In this document: piece by piece, positions 8,816 to 17,507 of the stretch | Position numbering within the stretch: position 1 is the first letter of the stretch | Layout of the letters: the number at the start of each line of letters is the position of its first letter | Assembly: GCA_001189075.1 (NCBI GenBank) | Contig: LFCN01000006.1 | Span: forward strand, 588,866 to 652,865 | Length of the DNA stretch: 64,000 nucleotides | Direction: 5' to 3' | Source: Parcubacteria bacterium C7867-004 | Lineage (GTDB): Bacteria > Patescibacteriota > Minisyncoccia > Phycocordibacterales > Phycocordibacteraceae | Notes under the pieces: model-generated | Told to the model about the DNA's origin: nothing | Database searches by the model: none | Seen by the model: only the letters and a program-made list of their open reading frames with translations | Program-made: the position numbers and the translations under genes

Positions 8816-9610
8816 TTAGGCTGCGAGCGCCAGACGGCGCCTGCGGACCACGGAGCCGGCGAAGCCGAAGCCCACGATCATCAGGGCCCAGGACGCGGGT
8901 TCGGGGACCGCGCCGCCCGACGGCGCCAGCGACGTCGACAGGTTGTCGTAGTAGACATCCAGGTTGGCGCCAGTGTTGTGGCTGTTCGCGATGAAGTTGG
9001 TGAAGGACATCGTCCCGAAGGCGCTGGACAGCATGGACAGGTTGCCGATGGTGTACTTCAGCTGGTCGCTGCTGGTCAGCAGATCGATAGTCAGCGTCTG
9101 CCAGGTGCCCGCAGCGAAGCCGGCAGGCAGGCCCATGTTGACGTAGCCCGTCGCGTTGTCCCAGCCACTGAAGAAGTTGCTGCCGGCAGCGGCGTCGAAG
9201 AGGGTGAGGATCCCGTAGGAACTCACGTCGCCGTTGACGTCGATGCCGGTGACCCAAGGGCCGGTGATGCGGCGATCGGACGCGCCGTCGAACGCCGGGT
9301 CGATGAACAGATCGATGCTCACCGACTGCGTGCCGGCTTCGAGATCGATCTTGCGACCCTGCGTGTTGTAGAAGCTGCCGGTGCCCTGGAAGTCGGAGCC
9401 CGCGAGCCCGATGTGGAGCGTCGACGAGTGGCCGCCATGGGCGATCCCCGATTCGAAGGTGGCAGGCGCGAACCGGTCAGTGTACCAGACGCCAGGCGCC
9501 TGGGTCGGACCGGTCGTGACGGGACCGTCGAAGTTATAGAAGGTGTCGGCGCTGGCCACGCCAGCGACGAGGAAACCGGCCAGGATGGCCGGAGCAAAGA
9601 AACGATTCAT
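8816..9610 (-). CDS. PEP-CTERM (PEPxxWA-CTERM type) sorting-signal protein
   Basis: Signal MNRFFAPAILAGFLVAGVASA; C-terminus AVPEPASWALMIVGFGFAGSVVRRRRLALAA. Confidence 0.93.
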   Translation of the reverse strand: MNRFFAPAILAGFLVAGVASADTFYNFDGPVTTGPTQAPGVWYTDRFAPATFESGIAHGGHSSTLHIGLAGSDFQGTGSFYNTQGRKIDLEAGTQSVSIDLFIDPAFDGASDRRITGPWVTGIDVNGDVSSYGILTLFDAAAGSNFFSGWDNATGYVNMGLPAGFAAGTWQTLTIDLLTSSDQLKYTIGNLSMLSSAFGTMSFTNFIANSHNTGANLDVYYDNLSTSLAPSGGAVPEPASWALMIVGFGFAGSVVRRRRLALAA

Positions 9611-9658
9611 CTAGAGACCCCTAAAGGATTAAAGTTGAAGTTCGCCCAACAAACCGAC

Positions 9659-9738
9659 CGGACTTGCGTCCGTCCCCGTTTACTATGGCCAGGAACGCTC
9701 CTGAGAGACCCAGAAGAGCTTTTGGCCGTAGTAAACGG
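9659..9738 (-). promoter_or_regulatory. structured 5' leader of the PEP-CTERM gene
   Basis: 16-nt arms 9676-9691 and 9723-9738 (15/16 complementary), then CGGAC-GCAA-GTCCG. Confidence 0.6.
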
Positions 9739-9838
9739 CACCTCGAATTGAAAGAACGCTCTGTATTTTATAACCTAATTACTTATATTTTGCAATATCT
9801 GGGCTAAAATCAGAGCCTAGATGCGCTATACTTTCTTC

Positions 9839-10183
9839 ATGAAGCTCATCATTCCCTTCGTGCTCATCGCGCTCGGCCTTGTCGGTCTCTACATCAGCTA
9901 CCAGAGCCAGCGACCTCTTCCGCCTGAACCCGTGGTTACCGAGGAAGCACCAGTAGCTCGGTACATGGACATCGAGTCCTATGTCAGGAATTCAATCTCA
10001 GAACTCTCCCCTATCAAGGAGCAGCTCGGCGGAACGTTCTATGTCACGAAGATTGAAATGAGCGAAGGCATGGGCCTAGTTGAATACGAAGACGGCCACA
10101 ATGCGTATGTGGCCGACTTCACCTATTCAGTAGCAGAAGATGGTAAACCGACCATCCTCACCTTTACGATCCGCCCGGAATAA
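9839..10183 (+). CDS. membrane-anchored hypothetical protein
   Basis: N-terminal TM; LGGTFYVT..VEYEDGHNAYVADF motif; TATACT 6 nt before ATG. Confidence 0.85.
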   Translation: MKLIIPFVLIALGLVGLYISYQSQRPLPPEPVVTEEAPVARYMDIESYVRNSISELSPIKEQLGGTFYVTKIEMSEGMGLVEYEDGHNAYVADFTYSVAEDGKPTILTFTIRPE

Positions 10184-10537
10184 CTAGTCCTTCGCTTCGA
10201 GCTTCGCTGCCGCCTGCGGCGTTGAGACCGCGCGACTCATCACGAGCGCTTTAAGGATGCCGAGCGCAACAAGCCAGTACACCACCATCGCAAGCAGCGT
10301 AGTCCACTCAAGCACGCTTCCGGATACCTGCGTTATCCGGAACACGCTCAGGAAGGGAGCGACAAACGGATAGGTAACGGAGTAGATGAGGTTCGTGAAC
10401 CCCGCACCCGGGTTCGCACCCAGAAGCTTGAGTACGAATCGGAACGCGAGCAGTGCCTCGATGAGGCCGAGAATATACCAGACTATCTGAGTACCGCGGT
10501 AGAGCGGCTTTGTGCTTGGGGCGACATAGGAATCCAT
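10184..10537 (-). CDS. YggT family membrane protein
   Basis: LLAFRFVLKLLGANP...IYSVTYPFVAPF pattern. Confidence 0.85.
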   Translation of the reverse strand: MDSYVAPSTKPLYRGTQIVWYILGLIEALLAFRFVLKLLGANPGAGFTNLIYSVTYPFVAPFLSVFRITQVSGSVLEWTTLLAMVVYWLVALGILKALVMSRAVSTPQAAAKLEAKD

Positions 10538-10606
10538 AGGAAAGAAAGTTAGCGGGAAGTACCCGCTAACAATCCCATGCGCCCTATGAAGCGTTCATGA
10601 TGAAGA

Positions 10607-11023
10607 CTACTTCTTCGCGCATTTCTCGCACCGGCAACCGAAGGGCTTTATGAATTCGTCCACGTATTCCTTTCCGTAGTCGTAGGTTAGCTCGTCACCG
10701 GCCTTGATAGCGCGCGTCGAGAATATGAATACTCGGCCCTTATGAATCTTGCTCTCGCAGTTCCAGCGGCAGGAGTGATTGATGTAGCCTGCCTTATTGA
10801 TCTTCGGCTTCCCGTCGATAGTCTTCGTCTTGCTGATCTCGAAGAGGTAGCGACTCTTGCTCTTGTCGGTCTCTTCCTGCGTGAGTGTTTTACCAACATA
10901 CTCGATGACGCAGACGCCTTTCGGAATCGCTTCCCCGGCGAACAGACCAAGCCCCGCGCTGGAGCGCTTCACGGTAAGTTTCCAATCTCCCGGCACATAC
11001 TTCCCTTTCTTAGCTGGTGACAT
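10607..11023 (-). CDS. SET-domain protein-lysine methyltransferase
   Basis: GLGLFA, YINHSC, GDELTYDYG, post-SET CRCEKC. Confidence 0.93.
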   Translation of the reverse strand: MSPAKKGKYVPGDWKLTVKRSSAGLGLFAGEAIPKGVCVIEYVGKTLTQEETDKSKSRYLFEISKTKTIDGKPKINKAGYINHSCRWNCESKIHKGRVFIFSTRAIKAGDELTYDYGKEYVDEFIKPFGCRCEKCAKK

Positions 11024-11066
11024 AGTACGCGCATACTACGGGCCAATACGTACAAAGACAAGCAGA

Positions 11067-11099
11067 ATTCATGGAGGCTTCATTAATTTGCCGTATGGT
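11067..11099 (+). promoter_or_regulatory. putative OmpR-type direct-repeat box plus -10
   Basis: ATTCATG-gagg-CTTCATT, then 9 nt, then TATGGT. Confidence 0.5.
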
Positions 11100-11159
11100 A
11101 CTACCTATAGAATCGCTTTGAGCGATTCGACTCTCTTGCTACCGTTCACCTAACCCCTC

Positions 11160-13205
11160 ATGTCCGCATACCTTACTCATCGGAATCTTTTCTGGAATGC
11201 CGTGCTTTTTGCCGCGGTATTCGCGGCCGCTGAGATCTTCTCGCATCTGTACTTCGCGGGCGGTACCTCTCCGGCGCTCATACTGCCCGCTTCTGGCATA
11301 GCGCTAGCCGGCGTCATTATCGGCGGCCCATTGCTGTGGCCGGGAGTTTTTCTTGGCATATTCCTCCACCAACTCCTAAGCGGAAGCTCTCTCGTAATAG
11401 GCATTGGTATCGCACTGGCCAACACGCTTCAGGCGCTGGTTGGCGCATGGCTCCTGCGCAAGCTCGGGTTCAATTCCTTCTTCTCGCGGGTCCCCGACAC
11501 CATCGCATTCACTGTAGTTGCGGTCTTCGCGACCATGATCGTACCGACGGTCGGTTCGCTCGCGCTCGCGGTTGCCGGCTACCCGTTCCCGCGCGGGTAT
11601 GTGGGCACCTGGATGCCATGGTGGATAGGTCAGGTGCTTTCCGCCCTTATCGTCACCGCGCTTCTAGTGCGCTGGCTTCCGAAGCTTTCAGTACAGCGCA
11701 CGAAAGTGGAATGGTTCGAAGCCTCCGCAGCACTCACCTCCCTGGTGCTCGTCGATCTCCTCCTGTTCTGGACGCCGTACCGGGAGCTCGGAGGACTTCC
11801 GCTAATCTATCTCATCCTCGGGCCGTTGCTCTGGATTGCGCTTCGAGTGGGTCCTCGCTTCATGACACTCGCACTCTTCCTGAACGCGGTTCTTGCGCTT
11901 ACGGGAACTGCGGTTATGGCGCTCTCGGGAGGAAACGCGACTGAGCTCGGAGAACTCTTATTCCAGACAGAGATCTTTATCATCATGATCTCCTTCATCT
12001 TCCTGATACTCGTCTCGATAGCCGAGGAGCGGAAAGACACCGCGAATGATCTCCGGCATAACGTTCGCGATCTCGAGCATGCGCTCGAGCGCATCCAGCG
12101 TGAAGACGAGGCGAAGAGCCGCTTCATCGCAACGCTCGCGCATGAGCTCCGCAATCCACTCGCGCCCCTCATGACCTCGCTCGAGCTGCTCTCGCTCGAG
12201 AAATCGCCGACCAGCGACACGCAGAAGGTAGCGGGCGAGATGATCGAGCATGTGAAGACCATGCGGCATCTGCTTGATGATCTTCTGGATATCTCCCGCA
12301 TCTCCCGCGAGAAGCTCACGCTCTCCTTGGAGCATGTCGAACTGCACGGGATAATCGCAAAGAGCGCCCGCACGGTAGAGCCCCTCATGCTCGAGCGCCG
12401 GCACACCCTCACTGTCTCACTTCCAGAAGGCGCGGTTAGTTTCGAGGCCGATCCAATACGGCTCGAGCAGATAATCGTGAACTTACTTAACAACGCCGCG
12501 AAGTACACCGAACCGGGAGGAACCATTACCCTCGCCGCAAGTATCGAGGAGCGCACACTCGTTATACGGGTGCGGGATTCCGGCATCGGCATGGATCAGG
12601 CGATGCTTGAGCGCGTCTTCGAGCCGTTCTTCCAAATCGAACACGGGGGGCGCACGATATCGGGCCTCGGCATCGGACTCTCGCTCACGAAGAACCTCGT
12701 GCAGATGCACGGCGGTCGCATCTCAGCACTCAGCGAAGGAACAGGACTCGGCAGCGAGTTCGTCGTCCGGATCCCGCTCAAGGAGTTTGCAGAGAAGCGG
12801 ACTGCTGCGATCTCTCCGACCACGGCGATGGAATCGGACGAGCATCGGTTCCGCATACTGGTTATCGATGACAACCGAGCGGCTGCGGACGGACTCGTTA
12901 AGCTGCTGAAGCTTCGTGGTCATGAGGCAAGCGCGGTCTACACTGGCGAGGAGGGACTTGCAAAGGCCCCAGAGTATAAGCCCGAAGTTGTACTGCTCGA
13001 CATCGGCCTGCCGGATATGGAGGGCTACGACGTAGCAAAGGGACTCAAGGCGGACGAGCGTGTCTCAGCAGTCCTCATCGCGCTAACCGGATACGGACAA
13101 GATGCGGATATCCGGAAAGCGGAGAAAGCCGGCTTCGACTACCACCTCACGAAGCCCGCAGGATTGGCTGAGATCGAGGAGCTTCTCGCGAAAATCGCAC
13201 GCTAG
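11160..13205 (+). CDS. MASE1 hybrid sensor histidine kinase with receiver domain
   Basis: Multi-TM N-terminus; LAHELRNPL H-box; NLLNNAAKY, DSGIG, GLGIGL; C-terminal REC with LLDIGLP. Confidence 0.95.
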   Translation: MSAYLTHRNLFWNAVLFAAVFAAAEIFSHLYFAGGTSPALILPASGIALAGVIIGGPLLWPGVFLGIFLHQLLSGSSLVIGIGIALANTLQALVGAWLLRKLGFNSFFSRVPDTIAFTVVAVFATMIVPTVGSLALAVAGYPFPRGYVGTWMPWWIGQVLSALIVTALLVRWLPKLSVQRTKVEWFEASAALTSLVLVDLLLFWTPYRELGGLPLIYLILGPLLWIALRVGPRFMTLALFLNAVLALTGTAVMALSGGNATELGELLFQTEIFIIMISFIFLILVSIAEERKDTANDLRHNVRDLEHALERIQREDEAKSRFIATLAHELRNPLAPLMTSLELLSLEKSPTSDTQKVAGEMIEHVKTMRHLLDDLLDISRISREKLTLSLEHVELHGIIAKSARTVEPLMLERRHTLTVSLPEGAVSFEADPIRLEQIIVNLLNNAAKYTEPGGTITLAASIEERTLVIRVRDSGIGMDQAMLERVFEPFFQIEHGGRTISGLGIGLSLTKNLVQMHGGRISALSEGTGLGSEFVVRIPLKEFAEKRTAAISPTTAMESDEHRFRILVIDDNRAAADGLVKLLKLRGHEASAVYTGEEGLAKAPEYKPEVVLLDIGLPDMEGYDVAKGLKADERVSAVLIALTGYGQDADIRKAEKAGFDYHLTKPAGLAEIEELLAKIAR

Positions 13206-13229
13206 CGCCGGATGTGGGACAATGGTCCT

Positions 13230-14117
13230 ATGGAACGTACAACGCTCTACGTATCGATCGGCATAGCCGTAGTTGCGGTCCTTGCGCTTATCTCTGGTGG
13301 ATACGGGCTCTATTCCCTTTCGAACGAGCTGAAGGCCACACGCTCTGAGCTCGCCTCGACAACCGAAAGCAAAGACACCCGCATCAAGGAGCTTGAGACC
13401 AACCTGGTTGCACGGACGGACGAGGGCGTGGCGCTCGCGGCGAGACTTCGTGCCGAGCAGATGAAGAACGGCACCTTTGAGACCCAACTCTCAACCCTTT
13501 CCGGTACCATCGGAACACTCGAGAAGCTGGCGAAGACCGACAGCGAACTGCTCGCGAAATATTCAAAGGTCTATTTCCTTAACGAGAACTACCTGCCGCC
13601 GAAGCTTTCGGCAATCGATGAGGCATTTGTATCCCAGAAAGGCCGTGCGCTCGAGATGAACGCGGAAGTAGAACCATTCCTCAGCGACTTACTCAAAGAA
13701 GCGAAGGATGACGGTGTCGATCTACTTGTTGCCTCTGCGTACCGCTCCTTCGGGGCTCAGGGGGCGCTTAAGTCCTCATACAAAGTGACGTTCGGCGCAG
13801 GAGCAAACAGCTTCTCCGCGGACCAGGGATACTCGGAGCATCAGCTCGGGACTACCGTTGATTTCACAACCGCCAAGATCGGCGGAGGACTCGCCGGATT
13901 CGACGGCACTCCCGCATTCGCCTGGCTCAATGAGAATGCCTACAAGTACGGGTTCATCCTCTCCTACCCCAAAGGCAACACGTACTATCAGTACGAGCCT
14001 TGGCACTGGCGCTTCGTCGGCCGGGATCTTGCGAAGGACCTGCGCGAGGACAAGAAGCGGTTCTATGACCTCGATCAGCGCGAGATTGATGAGTATCTCG
14101 TCTCCCTGTTCGATTAG
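13230..14117 (+). CDS. D-Ala-D-Ala carboxypeptidase, M15B/VanY-like, with coiled-coil stalk
   Basis: SAYRS, SEHQLGTTVD, YEPWHWRFVG. Confidence 0.93.
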   Translation: MERTTLYVSIGIAVVAVLALISGGYGLYSLSNELKATRSELASTTESKDTRIKELETNLVARTDEGVALAARLRAEQMKNGTFETQLSTLSGTIGTLEKLAKTDSELLAKYSKVYFLNENYLPPKLSAIDEAFVSQKGRALEMNAEVEPFLSDLLKEAKDDGVDLLVASAYRSFGAQGALKSSYKVTFGAGANSFSADQGYSEHQLGTTVDFTTAKIGGGLAGFDGTPAFAWLNENAYKYGFILSYPKGNTYYQYEPWHWRFVGRDLAKDLREDKKRFYDLDQREIDEYLVSLFD

Positions 14118-14140
14118 GGGGTGAATGGTATCCTTTTGGT

Positions 14141-14434
14141 ATGGGAAGGATGAGTCATGAGTTTTTCGAGCGTAAGGATCCGGGCGGAGACGGGACCAAA
14201 GCCATTGAAGCGGCTCTGCAAGTTGGGCAGGCTCCGATTCGCGAGACGCCTGTATCAGATCTTCGTGCAGGCATGCAAGTACAGGCGTATGATGGAATGT
14301 ACACGGTTGAAAGTGTCCGAGACGGCGACGCAGGCCAGAAGAGAGTCATACGATTCCTTGAGCCGGGTGTCGAACCATTACGTGTTGATCCGGATGAGAC
14401 CGTGAGCACGCTCGCTGCAGATAGAAAAGAATAA
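14141..14434 (+). CDS. hypothetical protein
   Basis: 97 aa; TATCCT 6 nt before ATG; terminator after the stop. Confidence 0.7.
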   Translation: MGRMSHEFFERKDPGGDGTKAIEAALQVGQAPIRETPVSDLRAGMQVQAYDGMYTVESVRDGDAGQKRVIRFLEPGVEPLRVDPDETVSTLAADRKE

Positions 14435-14466
14435 ACCCCGCGGACAGTCCGCGGGGTTTATTCTTT
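14430..14466. terminator. bidirectional terminator
   Basis: ATAAACCCCGCGGAC-A-GTCCGCGGGGTTTAT inverted repeat. Confidence 0.85.
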
Positions 14467-14475
14467 GAGCGTTTC

Positions 14476-15756
14476 TTATTTAAGATAATCCCACATCTTA
14501 GGGTCCGATCCCCCATCGAACTTGAAGACCGATACGCCCGCTACCTTGAGCTTCTTCGCGAGCGCGACCTTATCGCCTATAGCCTTCGCGTCGCTCCACC
14601 ACAGAAGCTGCACCGGTGCCTGCTTTTTGTCCTTCTTTGCAAGCGCAAGCGCGCCGGCGGCAGCGAGATTGCCTGAGGTGGTTCCCCGGGGTGCAAGCGC
14701 CGCGAGGAATCCCTGGTTAGGGAGTGCCGACACCTGCTCCTTTGGGACATAGGTGAAGGAGAGCTCGCCTGCGCGATTACGCGTCGGGGTTATGCCGTAC
14801 TTGGCCGCGATGTCGGTTGCGTAGGCAGGATTGAAGGCTTCGGTCTTTATGTAGTTGAAGCCACTGCCATCGGTGTATGGCATGAGCTGATAGATATAGC
14901 CGTAGGTGGCGATACCGATGGACATCTTCTTCTTATCGATATCCTTCGCCATGTAGTTGATAACCTTCTCCACCCATTTCACGTCCGCTACCGGCGCATA
15001 GGCTTCATTTGCCGCACGAGCGGCAGCGTTCAGCTGGAGGTCGGCAGTCTGCTGGTCGTAGGTCATGACGCGCACGCGGTCGCAGTACGTATTGATCTCC
15101 TTGAAATCGTTCGCGTATTCAATATTTGCGGGCGGCGTACCACTGAAGCGGGCCTCGAGCGGCATCCTTGCTTCTATAGTGCACATGAGCCACTTGTTCG
15201 ATTTCTTCTTGCCGAACTCGGCGGCGAGCTCCTTGAGGAAGGCGGAGTAGTAGGTGCGAGTCTCCGCTTTCTTACCCTCGTAGTCGATGTCGATACCATC
15301 GAAGCCGTTATCATTAACTGCCTTCACGATGGACTGTATGTGTGCGGCGCGCTTCTTCGGGTCCGACAGGACCTTGTGTATGGCATCCGTATCACTCCAC
15401 ATGACGGTCGGGATGACGCGGACCTTCTTTGCCTTTGCGGCCTTGAAGAGATCCTGCCAGGCGCGGCTCTGAATGTTTGCCGCATCATTAAGAGTGCCGT
15501 CCGCCTTCACGGTGTAGCCGAACGGATTCACTTCCGTGAGCTGGGAGAGATGCGCCGATGCGTCGCGAGTTCCGGCATCGGTTCGCCAGTATGGAATCCA
15601 ACCGGAGACCTCGAGCTTCCCGCTTGCTTCCTTAGTGCTCTTCGTTTCGCCTTTCTTGCTTGATGATGCAGCAGATGCAGAAAGTGGCGCCGCACTCGTC
15701 AGTATGACAGCGGCGAGCAGCGAAAGGGTCGCGAGTTTGAAGAAAAGTACGTGCAT
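14476..15756 (-). CDS. secreted glycoside hydrolase family 18 protein
   Basis: FDGIDIDYE catalytic motif, VMTYD, signal peptide. Confidence 0.93.
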   Translation of the reverse strand: MHVLFFKLATLSLLAAVILTSAAPLSASAASSSKKGETKSTKEASGKLEVSGWIPYWRTDAGTRDASAHLSQLTEVNPFGYTVKADGTLNDAANIQSRAWQDLFKAAKAKKVRVIPTVMWSDTDAIHKVLSDPKKRAAHIQSIVKAVNDNGFDGIDIDYEGKKAETRTYYSAFLKELAAEFGKKKSNKWLMCTIEARMPLEARFSGTPPANIEYANDFKEINTYCDRVRVMTYDQQTADLQLNAAARAANEAYAPVADVKWVEKVINYMAKDIDKKKMSIGIATYGYIYQLMPYTDGSGFNYIKTEAFNPAYATDIAAKYGITPTRNRAGELSFTYVPKEQVSALPNQGFLAALAPRGTTSGNLAAAGALALAKKDKKQAPVQLLWWSDAKAIGDKVALAKKLKVAGVSVFKFDGGSDPKMWDYLK

Positions 15757-15834
15757 ATGGTGTTCAGTATATAACAAGACGCAGAAAGAGCCGCGCCCTT
15801 ACGGACACGGCTCTTCATGAAGGAGATTCATTTA

Positions 15835-16446
15835 TTACTTCAGCGCGAGCGACGGCTCAGCGAACATCGCAGCGAGCTCTTCCTGGGTAGTCGGAGCATG
15901 CTTCATGTCCACGTGACCGACGACCGTGGCGGTAACGCCACTACAGACACCGAGTGCGACTGCCGGGTTAAGCTCGCGTCCGTTCACCTTGACCGTGTCG
16001 GTCTGGTCGAACTGGATGTCGATCTTGTCGGTCCAGCGCTGATGCATGGTGTCGGCGATGATGCGATAACCGATAAGGTGATCAACCTCGCTGAAGCGGC
16101 AGGATGGGGTGTCCTTACCCGATCGCTCGAGAAGGATAACCGTTCCGAATGGAAGCTCGCTCGCAAGGTCGCGAGAGCGGGCAGCCACGACTTCGGGATT
16201 CGAAGTCATACCGCTGGCCGTGGTAGTCGGATCGAAGTCCGTCTGCCCCGGCACAGCGTTGTAGGCGGTCATAGTCACCTGGTAGCTGGCGGCCACTTCC
16301 TTTGAAGTGGCCAGGCGTTTGGAAGGCTCGTCGAGCTCTCCAGCTGCCACGACCGGCGCGGAAATCGTCTCCGCATGTGCCGGCGCCGTTGCGCTACCTG
16401 GCAAAAACAGGAAGCCCATAAGGGCTACTACTGCGATAACAGGCAT
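15835..16446 (-). CDS. 3D-domain (double-psi barrel) cell-wall protein
   Basis: VTMTAYNAVPGQTDFDPTTTASG, LPFGT, IADTM..KIDI. Confidence 0.88.
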   Translation of the reverse strand: MPVIAVVALMGFLFLPGSATAPAHAETISAPVVAAGELDEPSKRLATSKEVAASYQVTMTAYNAVPGQTDFDPTTTASGMTSNPEVVAARSRDLASELPFGTVILLERSGKDTPSCRFSEVDHLIGYRIIADTMHQRWTDKIDIQFDQTDTVKVNGRELNPAVALGVCSGVTATVVGHVDMKHAPTTQEELAAMFAEPSLALK

Positions 16447-16483
16447 AAATGAAAACCGCCCTTACGGACGGCTTAACAAGCCC

Positions 16484-16513
16484 ATAGTAGCACCCTTGAC
16501 AATGCTTGTCAAG
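16484..16513 (-). promoter_or_regulatory. sigma70 promoter with a palindrome over the -35 box
   Basis: Minus strand TTGACA-17-TACTAT; CTTGACAA-tgc-TTGTCAAG at 16495-16513. Confidence 0.65.
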
Positions 16514-16613
16514 AGCTGTGAAGCGATTTCTTCATGTTCACGGGGGTCTCAGTATAGGAAGTCAAGAGGGTCTAGAACTGGCCAAAACGGCCTAGATACT
16601 ATATAATCAGGCC

Positions 16614-16925
16614 ATGTCGAAGCGTAAAAAGGAAGCTCGAAAGCTCTGGTTCAGGGCCAAGGAATACGGCTGGGGCTGGTACCCGGCTTCCTGGCAGGGC
16701 TGGACTATTACCTTCCTCTATACCCTTCTCTTTGCGGTTTCCATCATATTCTTCGTGGTGTGGGTAGGAGCGGCGAATGAGGCGCATTCGGGCTTTAGGA
16801 ACGTGGTTTTAGGCATCTTCGAGTTCGTCGCCTGGATGACCTTTCTGGTGTATTCCATGCTCCGTATCTGTTATAAGACCGGCGAGGAACCTCATTGGAG
16901 CTGGGGTCACAAGGAAAAGAAGTAG
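16614..16925 (+). CDS. small two-TM membrane protein
   Basis: WFRAKEYGWGWYPASWQGW motif; TATAAT 6 nt before ATG. Confidence 0.85.
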   Translation: MSKRKKEARKLWFRAKEYGWGWYPASWQGWTITFLYTLLFAVSIIFFVVWVGAANEAHSGFRNVVLGIFEFVAWMTFLVYSMLRICYKTGEEPHWSWGHKEKK

Positions 16926-16968
16926 CCTCGCGTTGCCGCGAGGCTTTCTTGTTAATCGGGCCCGGTTG

Positions 16969-17169
16969 CTATTCCTTCCCAGCCACTGACTGCCCGAACT
17001 CTGAGGGCGGCCAGGGGTTGTCGCAGGGCGGCGCATCAGGATCGTAGTGATAGACGTCGCCTGCCTTACCCAAAGCCTCGTACTGCTTTCCGGCGGCAGT
17101 GTGGTTGCTTGTATGCTCCATCCGCTGGCCACGTGTCCAGCTGGGTCGATCGGTAGCAGCGGTACCCAT
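16969..17169 (-). CDS. 66-aa orphan protein (SD-led cassette)
   Basis: TTGACA at 17219-17224 (minus); GGGAGG SD; hairpin 16924-16950 downstream. Confidence 0.6.
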   Translation of the reverse strand: MGTAATDRPSWTRGQRMEHTSNHTAAGKQYEALGKAGDVYHYDPDAPPCDNPWPPSEFGQSVAGKE

Positions 17170-17328
17170 ACTCTTCCTCCCAAGTGAATGTGCTCACGGA
17201 AACCACAGAAGATTTCCTTGTCAATATCGTACCGTCTATCTACATAAAGTCAAGTTGTTCTTATCCTCATCTTTCTCCTATCTCTTCTCCAGGTTTGCAT
17301 GAAGACCCCGTACCTATGATCTATCCAC

Positions 17329-17481
17329 ATGACGGAGGCGATTCTGGAACCGAAACCACTCAACCTGATCGAGGAAAGTGATCGCAACGTCATAGGCATT
17401 ATCGATAGGATTATCCATGAAGCATACGAAGCCAGCGCCTCTGATATTCACGTACATCCGAGTGAGTCAGAGATCGTCGTC
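17329..17481 (+). pseudogene. truncated N-terminal fragment of a PilB/GspE-family ATPase
   Basis: IIDRIIHEAYEASASDIHVHPSESEIVV matches the ASDIHIEP region; similarity stops where RxRIDG is expected. Confidence 0.7.
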
Positions 17482-17507
17482 CCCTACGGGATGAGAGGCT
17501 TTCCTCA

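Noticed and set aside
2761-9780. Integron array or prophage as the explanation for the cassettes
   Set aside because: No integrase, no shared attC-like repeat and no phage genes; cassettes have mixed orientation and their own promoters
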